NCBI GenBank assembly: GCA_025786725.1
Contig: JAHLTZ010000066.1
Coordinates: forward strand, 1-64,000
Length of the DNA stretch: 64,000 nt
Direction of reading: 5' to 3'
DNA from: Syncephalis fuscata S228
Lineage: Eukaryota > Fungi > Zoopagomycota
Every line of letters starts with the position of its first letter. Position 1 is the stretch's first letter. The notes under the pieces are model-generated. The model was given only the letters and a program-made list of their open reading frames with translations, made no database searches and was not told the origin of the DNA. Made by a program: the position numbers and the translations under genes. Shown here in pieces: positions 13,084 through 25,737 of the stretch.

Positions 13084-13569
13084 GTTAAAAGTAGAATGTA
13101 TTAGTCGATTAATGTGAAGATTCAGCTATTTAATTTTATCACTAAAGATAAGAATGGTAATAACTAGACGTGATGCTTGGGAAATAATGACACACGATTT
13201 TAATCTAGATTTAAACTAATATTATAGCACGATTTGTAACAACGATAGTATTAACACATTCTATTATCATTAAATTTTTGGGAGCTATTTTACTTTGAAT
13301 TCCTATCCTTCAGTTTAAGGATAAAAATATCCATAATTTGAATAGTAAATCGTCGATCAGTTTTACTACTGAGAAGTGCTATTTGTTAAAGCAATGCACA
13401 TCAACTTTGATTGAATCAATCAATATTAATTAATCTGCACTATTTTCAATATTCGATATTAGTGTTAATAAATGTGTAGTATTCCATGTCACTTACAATA
13501 AAACATAATAGATAGATAAATGTTAATCCATGTTATTATTGTTGTAAAGTATTCAAAGCATTATAATTT

Positions 13570-13615
13570 AGTATTTAATATAACTCACCACCCAGTTACA
13601 TGTTTAGTAGAACAA
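13570..13615 (-). repeat. Degenerate core of the dispersed repeat family
   Basis: Reverse complement TAAACATGTAACTGGGTGGTGAGTTATATTAAATACT matches the subtype A core. Confidence 0.55.
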
Positions 13616-14847
13616 CAAATGTGCATTCAATCAAGTAAAGGATGCCAGCTTTGATCTTTTGACACTAAATTACATGAGTCTACTAATAACTTAATACATG
13701 GAAGTTATTATACGTTGCCTTTTACATTTTATTTACTCGTTTCATCTTATTTTCTATTGCTATCTTATTGTTCTATTTAATGCTATATTATACAATAATA
13801 CCGAATATAACAATATAAATAACATGCGTATTTGAACATCAATAAATAACATGATTCAATCCCTAGACTTTATTTCTTTTACTTTACATCAACACCTGTT
13901 CAAGTAACCTCAGCGGCATGCCGTATCTTTGGCTACAACTGCCGCCACAAGATCTTCCTGATAAAGAAACTCAACCTATCATAATTGCATATGATGGAGG
14001 CCATTTGCTTCATCAATGGTTGGCAAATAAACTGCGCCTACCAAGTTGATATTAAGAATGCCTAAGAAATGGTGAACATCAGAAATGCTAGTCGTCCTAC
14101 CTTCTTGTGACCATAGACAAGTATCTTACATAGTAAATATGCCCAAAATACAACAGTAGAAGATTAGAAAATAGAATAGACCATTCAGATACAAGAACCC
14201 ACACCGTATGTAGTAACAACAATAACAACTACAGAATGACATGAAATCATAATTATAGGCTTTTATTAATACTCAATCAATCTTTCTACGCATAGCCAAC
14301 AACGACAATGATCAATCTCAAATATTTCAATGAAATCAAATAGTATGTTACGTCGTTTAAATATTTAATATTATTACCGGTACAACGTTCTGTTACATTT
14401 AATCAGTTCTATTTTATGGAATAATAATGTTATTACATTACATTAATATTTATCATGAATAATGGTTTAAACACAAATTAGTCTAAGCAACTCGTCAACT
14501 ATTTAAATCATTACAATTGATTGCGTAAAGTAATCTACTGACCTGGGGGATTAAAGTGGATAGTCAATCATAGTATTATTATTATCATTGCGTTATATTC
14601 AGTTCACTCTAATAAATAAACAAATAAACAACACTTTGCATCAATTTATATTGGTATATTAATAGTGTAATTACAAGCTTATAATAAAACATATTTGCTA
14701 TTAACATGAGTTGACACATAAATATAATTGACACGAGTGCATAAATCATTTTACTAACAGTATCTACCCTGAGTATATATGTTTTAATAAGACTGCGTAT
14801 TATTAATAACAATAATCGAGTCGGAATAACAACTATTCAGCTGCATT

Positions 14848-16988
14848 TTACTGTCCATCTGCCTTAAGAGAGGTACGTCCTGCACGCATCATTTCATCTA
14901 CAAGTAGTAGATTGCTAGCAATGACAGCACTATAGTCATAATGGATACGTATATACATATATTAGTATCAAATAAGTATATTATTTATGCTTGCACCACT
15001 TACCAAGAGTTCAACTGGTGTCGCAATACACGGTAGTTATCGTAAATGCCTTCGGTTGTAGGATCCATAACCTCGCCTGTTTGCAAGTCAACACCGACTA
15101 CGTGTCCTTCCGCTTGCTCCTCCTATCAATTTACAATCAGATAATTGTCACTAATTTATATTGTAAACTAGCCTACCTGAAGCGATACAATAACATCTTG
15201 GGCATCAAAACCGCCATTCTGCGCCAATACCTTTGGAATAATAAGCAAAGCATCGGCAAATGCTTGCACACCCATACGTGTACGGCCCTTGACGGTTTCC
15301 TTCCATTTTTGCAAATGAGCTGCACAAGCAACCTGGAAGGCACCGGCACCAGGTACAACTTGACCGTCTTCGATACAGTTTTTAACGGAACGTAGACCAT
15401 CACGGATAGCATCTTGGATTTGCTGTAGTGTATGTGGATTTGGACCCTTGACCAATAAAGTGACCGACTTTGGCTCGTTGACTTCCTCGACAAACGTGTA
15501 CTTTTCCTCGCCAAGTACATGCTCGTATACAAGACCGGCATAACCAAGCACATCGGGGGTTAGATCGTCGACCGAATTTTGTGCTGAACCACCGCATACT
15601 AATTGCAAGCTATAACAACAACAACAACAAAGTGGTTAGTATTTATAAACTATACATTGAATATGTTATTACCGTTCCATATTACGACGCTTAGCACGAC
15701 GTAGTGCCAGAATACCGCTTTTAGCCAACATGTCAAGCGACAATGGGTCAATGCCCTTTTGATTGATGATAACAAACGATTTATCGGTACCATCGCATAC
15801 TTGCTTCTTGAAATCAACAAGCTTACGAACACGGTCGTCGATGAATTTACGTTCAGACTCAATGAGCTTTTCACGCTTTTCAGCGCTGCTGTAGAAGAAG
15901 CTTGAGTTGACTTCGCTACAATCACACCATTTGGCTGGTTAATGATTGCACCATGCTACACTGATGTACTTACGTTTTCTCGTATTCAAGCGAGACGTTT
16001 AGCGTCAATATAAAGGCGTTTTTAACACGTTTGGGCATGTCTGGATGACGTGCGCCGTGGTCAAGCACTAAACCACGTACCAATCGAGTATCAATATCAC
16101 GACGATGTGGCATCTTCATAATTTCAACCATATGCAGATCAATTGGCTCATTTTCACGCTTAATGCAGAGTACTGCATCGACAACAGCCTCAGTCAATGA
16201 GTCGGCAAGACTAGAATAAACCTTGGTACCGAGGGAGGTGCGTGCAACAGAGATCAATAATTCACGGTCAATGGTTTTCTTAATACGGAACTCATCAAGG
16301 AACTGTATATTTAGTTGGTTAGAAAATACTTAAAAACATGATAAAATGTCATACTTGCCTTGGTAGCTTCCTTCTTGGCCAATTCAAATCCTTCAGTGAC
16401 CACTCGTGGATGAAGACCTTCAGACACATATCGTTCGGCCTGTTTAAGCAGTTCACCCACTAATAGAACAACTGAAGTAGTACCGTCGCCGGTAATGTCA
16501 TCCTGAGCAGTAGCAGCACGAGCAATCATAGCAGCAGTTGGATTTTGGATTTGCTGATGGATAATAGTGTTAGTATTTATCGTAATAAAGTCATTAAACA
16601 TAGTAAACATATTAATACTACTTACCATCTCACTTAACAATACTTTACCGTCCTTGGTAAGTCGGATACTGCCGGCACCGTCTACCAGCCTACATTTTGC
16701 ATTATACATCAGTGTCATTTCCTAATAACAATACCAGTATAATATACTAGTAAAATACTACAAATTGGTATTGACTTACATCTTGATCGTGCCTTTTGGT
16801 CCCAGATTGGACCGTAATACTTCTTGTAGACCGATCGCAGCATTAACACTCAATTGTAGTGCTTGACCACGACGTGCCACGTCCGAGGACGGGTTGATGA
16901 GCTTCATAGAAGATGCCCTGTTAATATGACGTTTCGCGTTCATTAATCATCTGCCAATCTTTAGCTATAGTAGACCATCAACTTACAT
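14848..16988 (-). CDS. CCT6: T-complex protein 1 subunit zeta (chaperonin CCT6)
   Basis: [82 protein letters not shown], ending [15 protein letters not shown]. Multi-intron. Confidence 0.97.
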
Positions 16989-17421
16989 GCTGTTACAACA
17001 ACCTGATTATTGACAAAAAACCAAAGAAGGCAGGTGAAAGAAGATAGAGTTGCTATTACGGCTGTACTCGAGTGAGAGATGGAACAAACTGCGTCGCGAT
17101 CTGATGTGTTTAGAAAGGTGTTGGTGTGCGTGTGCGTGTGTGTGTGGCGCGCAGTGATGTAAAAATCATGACGATGCTATCATAAAAATTATTTATTCTA
17201 AAAACTATTGGTTTTATTGACTATGCTATTTACTAATCGCATTTTTACTGACATATAATTGATTATTTACATCCACAAGCTAATAAATTAATAAATGACA
17301 ATGTGCACACTACACATTAATAAAATATAACATATAATGGCACACATTATGAAGAAATGGCATAAAATGATAATGCTGAGCCATGCAGCGTAGCAATAGA
17401 AATTTATTCTGTAATCGCCAT

Positions 17422-19142
17422 TTACTGGGCGGCGATAGGGGCAGGCTGGACTGGCTCTGCAGCAACTGGAGCTGGCTTGGCAAAGTCCTCGGAGATTGGA
17501 GCAGTGATAGGCTCCTCTTCCTTGGGTTCCTATAGTCATTATAGTACATATATTAATAAATCTGATTTACTATATTATCTTCGCCTATTAACTTACCATG
17601 ATGGTGACCACATCTGGGAGTGGGGTCTTTGGGCCGGAGCGACCAGTTGGATCGCAGTCCAACATAATCTTGACCTTAACACCAAGGACACCTAATCAAT
17701 GGTCGTAATAATAATATAATAATTGATAAGTAATGTGCTATAATAGCCGCTTTGTATCATTGTAACTTACCCTGGCGAAGCATAACGTGGCGCACAGCAG
17801 TATCAATGTAGTCACGAGCTGGTTGACCGGAGTGGATCATGAAACCGTCGGTGAACTTCATAGCCTTGGCACGAGCAGCACGAAGCTTGCCGCTGACAAC
17901 GACTTCGCAGCCTTTGGCACCAGCTTCCATGATCATGCGAACAACACCGTAGCAGGCACTAAATAAATAGTATTTAATAAATCAAATGCATCATCATTAG
18001 CTACTATTCGTAAAAATATTTGTTAAATATGCTAATAAGCACGTAGTCTAGATGTCTTGTCATTGCTACAAACTAGCTTGACATATTCTATTGTTCCGTT
18101 GACCTCATTATCATAAACAGTACACTTACCGACGCACAGCCAAACCGGAGAGGAGCTTGGCCTTGAGTGACTCAGCTTGAGCAACGGCGCAGAGACCACG
18201 GACGGCAACACGTTCAGCGTAAAGCTCAACAGTGTTCTCTGGGAAGTTGAACGCTTTTGAACCAAAGAGGTCAATTCGCGAATGCGACGGCCCTTGTCGC
18301 CAAGAACATCCTGAGTTTGAGTGGCACGGATGATAATTTCGGTACGTGCTGGAGTGACACGAACCTCACAACCGCTATATCCCTCGGCGGACAACTCGCG
18401 GGTGAAGAACTCGTTGAGTTCGGCGTAGAACACACCGTCAGCGACAAACTATAATATAGTAGTTAGCACATATACTAATAAACAGCTTTATAAACCATAT
18501 ATTCGCAATCACCAACTACGCCATAACAATGATACAACAGCAATAACAACAATAGCTAGTGTTTCATCGCGTAATAGTATTACTACAATAAACTACACAA
18601 TAACTGTTTGTTATGTCCAGTATTCAGAATTCCACATGTACGTGCATTATGCAACAGTCGTAAACGACCGGCATTCGGACAAGAGGTGTCAGAATATATT
18701 GCGGTAACTCATCATTAAACTGGACATACACTACTGACATGAACTCTACAGCTCCTATTATTATCAGTTTAGTGCATGCGATGTCTCTCTCGCGTTAACT
18801 TTTGGACATATACTATATCCACCCGCCCATGCAATTATAGATTACTCGTCATCTATATGCATTCAATATCAATCCATCTATCCATCCATCCATCTATTTA
18901 TCTATATAAATATCTATGTATGTATGTATGTATGTATGGCGGTGTATCTAGCTATTGTCATCATGGCATCATTGCGCCGTCATAATTGTTATCGCGTTAT
19001 ATGGATGTATCTATAACATCCATCCATCTCTATACATCTGATTCGCGCCTCCCTGCCATCTACAATAATACTGCCGATGGCTATCTATAGCATATCTTAT
19101 GTATATACGCACCTTGCGCTTCTTGGAGATCTGAGCAGCCAT
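17422..19142 (-). CDS. RPS3: 40S ribosomal protein S3 (uS3)
   Basis: [10 protein letters not shown]|[80 protein letters not shown]. Intron 1 is about 660 nt; one apparent -1 assembly frameshift near 18250. Confidence 0.98.
18612..18728 (-). ncRNA. Intronic box C/D snoRNA, snR48/SNORD60(U60)-like, predicted guide for 25S rRNA 2'-O-methylation
   Basis: On the minus strand: C box ATGATGA (18709-18715), guide TTCTGACACCTCTTG (18680-18694), D' CCGA (18675-18678), D box CTGA (18624-18627), and a perfect 10-bp terminal stem TATGTCCAGT/ACTGGACATA. The guide is complementary to the conserved LSU rRNA stretch GAGGTGTCAGAA. Confidence 0.88.
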
Positions 19143-19416
19143 GTTTGGATGGATGGAGAGGGAGAGCACGAGTGCTGTGTGAGCCGGGTGTCACGGCGGC
19201 TTTTGGTCTGCCAGTTGTTCTGGGTGAAAGAGGAGGTGCTTTCACTAGGGAATAGTAACAGTTTCTAATGTCTACAATATTACTTCACTACACTACACAC
19301 ACACACACACATATTTACATTCACACATCTATATTACACAGACTGCTTGTTCATTATAGTAGATTACACAACAACAACAACAACAGCTACAAGTAGTCTA
19401 TACTACACACTTAATC
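19143..19416. promoter_or_regulatory. Short divergent RPS3/NAR1 intergenic region, probable bidirectional promoter
   Basis: Head-to-head start codons are only about 275 bp apart; contains a (CA)n tract and a GC-richer segment. Confidence 0.5.
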
Positions 19417-21466
19417 ATGTCTTTCTCGAGTGGTTAATTCTTACGGATCTTAATGATTATATTGCACCCTCACAGGCATGCATTAAACCTGTAGAAGTAA
19501 AGAAGCCGGGTGTGACCAATGGACAAGATCAGGTAAATATTGCAAACAAAAAGACTTCAAACAATAGTATTAATAGTACTATATATATATATATATATGC
19601 TAGTCAGCAATCCGTATCGATGATAGCGGCCAGTACTACGAAGTAGGCCACGACGGAGGAGAGACAAAGCTAGAGACGGCCAGTATTACGCTAAACGATT
19701 GTTTAGCCTGTAGGTGAGTTGTTAAAAGTAATTTGTACAATATTACGATGGTAATAACAACTGGCCACAATTAGTGGCTGTATAACATCGGCTGAAAGTG
19801 TTTTAGTGGCAATGCAATCACATGAAGAATTACTTTCAATACTAAACGAGAATGCAGCACATATTCAGTCAGGAATGGCTGATCAAACACGTATGGTGAT
19901 TGTATCCATCTCTCCTCAATCTCGCGCTTCACTGGCTGCAAAATTCAATCTAACACCACTTCAAGCTGCTCGTCGTATTACTTATGCACTTAAGCATATG
20001 GGTGTACACCATGTACTTGACACGTCATTTTCACGTGATATCTCACTGTTAGAAAGTGCACGAGAATTTACAGAACGTTTTCGTCGATGGAAAGATGAAA
20101 ATGGTGCGGCGATTAGTGAACAGCATAGCATGCCTATGTTGGCATCTGCCTGTCCAGGTAAATAGTCTTATAGTTATAGGGTACTATTTTAACATATATA
20201 TAGGCTGGATTTGCTATGCTGAAAAGACACATGGATTTCTAGTTCCTTATATCAGTGCTACAAAATCGCCACAACAAATTATGGGTGCATTAGTCAAGGA
20301 TTATTTTGCTAGTCAGCATAATATTAGGTAATTTTATATGTAAATAATAATATTCTAGACTAATACTTATATGCCGTTAGTCCCGAACGAATCTATCACG
20401 TTTGTGTTATGCCATGCTATGATAAAAAGCTAGAAGCATCTAGGGAAGACTTTTACAGCGATATTTATCGAACACGCGACGTTGACTGTGTGATATCGAC
20501 TGGTAGGTTGATTATTGTTGTAGCCAACTGTCAGCTTAGTATATGACTAATTATTATTTATAATTCATTAGGCGAAATGGATAAATTACTAATGGAACAG
20601 TCGATTACATTGGATAATTGCAATGAATTGCCATTAGATACTATGTAAGTATATTAGATACTTATTAATATAAATGCCATTGTTACTAAATAGTATTATT
20701 ATGACTATTATTATTATAGGTTTGCAAAATGGCGTACATCATCCATTAGTCAAGAACAAGAACTGCTTGGATCATCAGGCAGTGGTTCTGGCGGCTATTT
20801 GGAATATATTATGCGCTATGCAGCTCGTGAACTATTCCAAATAGACAATGTTGATGTTGCAGCAGAACAAGGTGTAACAATACGTACAGTAAGAAATGCA
20901 GATTTTCGTGAAGTAACTTTGGAAGTAAGTAATAATAGCTTTAAATCCATTTAAATAGTTAAACAAGCTTAATAGAGTGCAACTGGAGAACCACTATTGA
21001 AATTTGCAGCCATTTATGGATTTAGAAATATACAAAATCTAGTTCGTAAAATGAAGACACGTCGTGCACAATATCACTATGTTGAAGTTATGGCATGTCC
21101 ATCAGGTTAGTGGATATTCTCTAATTTATAACACACCCTTATTAAAGTTGCTATTGCATTGACAAGGCTGCGTTAATGGTGGAGGGCAACTTCGACCACC
21201 AACATCAGTATCTGCCAAGGAATGGTTTACACGAGTAGACGCAATTTATCATTCAGTGCATAGTCAATTACCAGAAGAAAATGCAGATGTCATTAATGTA
21301 TATCAGTAAGTAGAAGATGGTCTAAATAGCCTGCCATCTAACAATTATACAACTATTTAGGCAATGGTTAGGCCAACCAGGATCAGAACGTGCCTTAAAA
21401 GCACTACGTACATCCTATCGGGCCATCGAGGAAACAACTGCTAATCCATTGGCCGTTAAATGGTAG
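19417..21466 (+). CDS. NAR1: Cytosolic Fe-S cluster assembly factor Nar1 (iron-only hydrogenase-like, NARFL/CIAO3)
   Basis: [81 protein letters not shown], terminal ...VKW*. Confidence 0.96.
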
Positions 21467-21673
21467 TCATATTAAGCCATGTTACAATAAAACAATTATT
21501 TTGCACAGTATGTATTGGTTATTATGTTTACTTTGTTTGGCAAAGTAACAAATACAGTAGAATAAATGGATTAGCATCAAATATTTCTGTTGTTTACGAT
21601 TACTAATGTATGTGAGTGTGGGTATCTTTTGTGATGAAAATGATGATGATGATGGTCGTTGTTATGACGACAA

Positions 21674-22018
21674 TTATGTAGACGCGGCAGTTGTCGTGGT
21701 AGTCGTTTCTGGCGCTTGAGCCTCTGGATTCTGTCGTCGATGATCCCAAATACGATAAAGCTGGTAAAGACCCGTCGCACCGACAAAGATATTAACACTT
21801 AACAACGAGTAGTTGACGGGTATGATCTGCGTGCTGTAACGCGACCAGATGACACCAGTGGCTGCAAGCGCAACATTTTGAGAAACACTTAGTGTCTCGG
21901 CCGGTTTACGCATATCGTTTAATCCGGCAATAACTAGGCCCCACTTCATGGCCGGTGCCCAGAAATGGATCGTCTTTGGGCCGGCGGGATGGTTTAAGAA
22001 ACGCTGGAATGCCGACAT
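21674..22018 (-). CDS. MPC2: Mitochondrial pyruvate carrier 2 (intronless)
   Basis: MSAFQRFLNHPAGPKTIHFWAPAMKWGLVIAG...ATGVIWSRYSTQIIPVNYSLLSVNIFVGATGLYQLYRI, the MPC2/3 signature. Confidence 0.95.
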   Translation of the reverse strand: MSAFQRFLNHPAGPKTIHFWAPAMKWGLVIAGLNDMRKPAETLSVSQNVALAATGVIWSRYSTQIIPVNYSLLSVNIFVGATGLYQLYRIWDHRRQNPEAQAPETTTTTTAAST

Positions 22019-22414
22019 GGTGTAGAAAAACAAAACAGCAAGTGAAAAGAAAGAAGCAAAGAACAAAGTACTAAGTCAATAAGTCGTGTTTATTTAATTA
22101 CATCAAGACAGTGTCACCGTATTAATTCAAATACTTTAATTGCATAGAGTAGCGTATTGTATAATACGGGCATATATATATATACATATAAATAGTATTT
22201 ATTTTACATTTTAAATATTTTAGCTTAAACATAACTTAACGATTAAGCTAGTGTACATGTGTAATTAATAAAATGATAATATTAATGTATTACACTTGCA
22301 TTAAATAAAACTATATTTATATTGTTTGATTTAATTATAACAATGGCTTATTATTTAATTACTATTGCATTAATGTTAAATAATTTATTAGATGTTCAGT
22401 ATGATTTAATATTA

Positions 22415-22530
22415 AATAGTTATATTTAATAATACTCACACAACTGAACATGGAGCTAGGAGTAATCCATATCAATGATTAAAATACTTGGCATATCTTC
22501 ATTATCCAATATGTATATATATTCCGCTTA
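22415..22530 (+). repeat. Dispersed repeat family, subtype B copy
   Basis: GAACATGGAGCTAGGAGTAATCCATATC..AAAATACT..CATTATCCAATATGTATATA matches the reverse complement of 63100-63150 and the shared core tail. Confidence 0.7.
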
Positions 22531-23571
22531 TCCATATTGTTATCGTGGTATAATCACTTTATCATATAATAGCCATTGTTTACTTGTTGTAGAGTTTAAT
22601 GCACTTCACTCATTCCGCTTATTGAATCGTACACATTATGGAAATTATTAAATGAGAAATAGATTACAGTGTTTTGATTAGTGTGTATAACAAGTACTGT
22701 TTTTATGGTTGTAAGTAAATGAAGTAAAATTAAAAGGGCTACTTGATGTAATAAGCAATTTTTAATTATAATAAAATACTATGAAATGTCACCGACGTCG
22801 TAGAACGTGTAAAAGTGTTGACTATGTATTTGAAATCGTGTTGTGATCAGAATGCGCAATGACAGTTGTATATGGTGATTAGTATATGGTAAGTTTCATG
22901 AGTGAACCAATACATAATTCTAATTATTTCCATTTTCTATTATTATTAATAATATGATATAATTACATTTGCAGGTTAGTAATTAGTTGATACAAACCAT
23001 TATGCTAAATAAAAACCATTAACATAAGATTGGTCTTGATCAGAATGTAATGCACACAATTTGTTTTAAAAACCTTGAAGTATTTTATAACTATTTGAAC
23101 ATAAAACTAGGATAGACACAATAGCAGTAGGCTTATCAGTGTTTGCAATATAGGGATAGTCAGTTAATTGCCATCACCACGCCATATAAAGCAATTCAAT
23201 TAGATTATTTTGGTATAATTTGATTAGGAGCCACAATTCAAACCACGCAATATACCATTCGACCAATGGCTGAATTACATTCGAGTATACAAAAGCTTGT
23301 ATTGTTTCAGCTATTTTTGTTCTAGCTTATATACCTCGTGTATATTTCCAAATTTTAAACTGATCTTGTGTGCATTCCAAATACAGCTGACCAAGTTTGA
23401 TGTTTCTTCTTTTGTAGATTAGCCACAAATGTCAATGTTCCAAGCTATAAAGCGAAAGCATATTTGCTTTGCCTACCTATTATCAACATCAACCAGTTCA
23501 CTTTTAAATCTTACATTTTTACATTTCTACTTTTTACGAATTTCTATATCGCCAACAAAAAACGATCTATA

Positions 23572-24517
23572 ATGATATTTTCAAGCAATTTTAACGCTAT
23601 TGTCGCCATCTATATCCTAGGCTTGGTATTAACTGTCCAGGATGCTGCTGCCGTGCCTGGCCTGTTTGGAAAGAAAAGTGTGTAACTATACCAATGAATT
23701 GCATTCCAAAACAAAAATTGCTAACGTGCATCTAGGCTATAAAATAAGTGAACTACCCAATCTCTCGCTCAATCAAATAGCCGAGTTTATTCCATCTCCA
23801 ATTCGTGTTGAGTCTACGTTTAAGTGTGCTGATGACGTATGCTATGCCCAAGGAAAAAATTCTAATAAAGGCGTTACTATTGTGTGTGGCGATGACAAGA
23901 AAGACAATCCCAAAGACCGGACTCTTCAAGTGTATCGAGTATGTACTAATGGTCCTTGTTAAACAGCCATTAACCAACTGGTATACTAAACAGAGTCTTT
24001 CAAGTTTTATTCCAAGAAAGACGATTTCCATATATAAAGGAACTCCAATTTCCGTTCCCAAATATTTTAATTTGAACAATGGTATTTGCTATATCGCTTC
24101 AGATACTTGTCACGTGAGCCTCAGCGAATTTAAGAATCAAGTTAGTGAACGTTATGTAAGAATTAGGGTTATTATGGAAGCCCGATTAAAAGACGAACTT
24201 ATGATGGGTAAATGACTATAAACTATCGTATTATGCTTTATTAACGGCAAACTAGGCATGCTTCATATATATGGTGCTGGATGGTTTATGATTTGAAGCC
24301 AGAGAGTAAGTTTATGGTTCATGGCTTGTTGATCTGCTAATGCTGGTAATTGATAGATATTTGCTTAAACGAGGAAGATTACATTACGTTTAGTAATTAT
24401 AAAAATGCACAGAAATTGAAGATTTTTACAACTTCTGCAAAAACTAGTATGTTTACAGTGCAATCCAGAATTAATCCACTAGTTGAAAAGTTTGCAAGAG
24501 AACATCTAGATCTCTAG
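23572..24517 (+). CDS. Secreted, truncated kinase-like (pseudokinase) protein; candidate effector
   Basis: Signal peptide MIFSSNFNAIVAIYILGLVLTVQDAAA. Three introns (~23680-23735, ~24208-24256, 24306-24356). Spliced DLKPE|NICLNEEDYITFSNYKNA gives a kinase catalytic loop without DFG. One or two frameshifts. Confidence 0.65.
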
Positions 24518-25737
24518 TAGCTGACGCGTCAACTTAAATACAAACTTTGAATAATGTCTAGTAATTGATTATACTTTTTGTATCATTAAAGCCATACATT
24601 CATCATAAATGCAATTGCATTAGACAGTACTTTTATAGTACAACCAAACACAATAAACCTATTGTTGACAATCAAACCAATCTAATTACCATATATTGAA
24701 CAATTTAATTATTATACATTTGTTGTTTACTATGTAGCAATATATAGCTTATGAATATTTAATTCCCATAAATATTAAACAACTATAGTGATATTGGTGA
24801 TCCAATGGGCTTATATTACTTATATGGCCCATATGACACTACATGTTATTATAACACCATTCAAACTGTTTTTATCCGTTCTAATAATGTCGCATTACAA
24901 TTCATTGTTATAATCTAGTGCAATCAATATCAAATGTTATCATCATTATTTTATATATTCATCCTACTCTATCTCGTTATTTCTATTAATATTGACACCT
25001 ATAATATAACTATACTTACAATATACATTGAACACTAATATCAATATGTCATTTAATTTAACGTGTTAGTATTTAAATAATAATAATAATAATACTGATA
25101 ATATATCAATGTTATACTATGTAAATCATTTGTAACTGTACTAATATAAAATACCATTACATTAAATGACTATATCTATTTTAGTTTTTGAATCATTTAC
25201 AGCAACAACATCCGTCTCTATCCAATCACGTGACATCAAGATGTTAATTATTTGGCACTTCAGAAAACTCTTTCGCTTCATCTTGCTTATTGCTGAACAC
25301 CATCTCTACTTGTTTGAAAACGACGACGTTCAAGTATTCAGTGCATTCTTGCAACTAATTATACGCTCACATCTAAGCGGGCGTGTTTCTATTAACACTG
25401 CCGCTTACTGTCAATTACCTGTTCTTTTCCTATTTGTTGTATATGCTTTTATTTCTCTGTGTCACTCTTTCTGTGTGTGCATGCGTTAACCGTCGCTCGT
25501 TAATAGTATATCTAACCAACCAACCAACCACCCGTTGTTTGTATTCTTTAAAAGAACACATTACGTGGTTCCAAGCAACATACGTCGTTAATAACTACAA
25601 AGTAAGTAGATATTGTAACCATGTAGTTGTAGTATATCATAGATATTAATATGACAAATACTATATGGAATTACTAATAATCGTGCTTATACTATGAATT
25701 ACATAGCAATTCCTTATTGTTTGCCGACGGGTAGTGT

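Noticed and set aside
13850-14250. Coding-like island that might be a decayed small secreted-protein gene
   Set aside because: Only short frames with stops and no recognisable motif.
17960-18130. RPS3 intron 2 (~170 nt) as a second snoRNA host
   Set aside because: C-like motifs exist, but there is no properly placed CTGA D box, terminal stem or convincing rRNA antisense element.
18760-18965. Second ATGATGA in RPS3 intron 1
   Set aside because: The nearest CTGA is ~200 nt away across microsatellites, with no closing stem or guide.
19417-21466. True [FeFe]-hydrogenase
   Set aside because: The N-terminal LTDLND..C..CLACSGC region and terminal Trp identify Nar1/NARFL; no maturase genes are present in the window.
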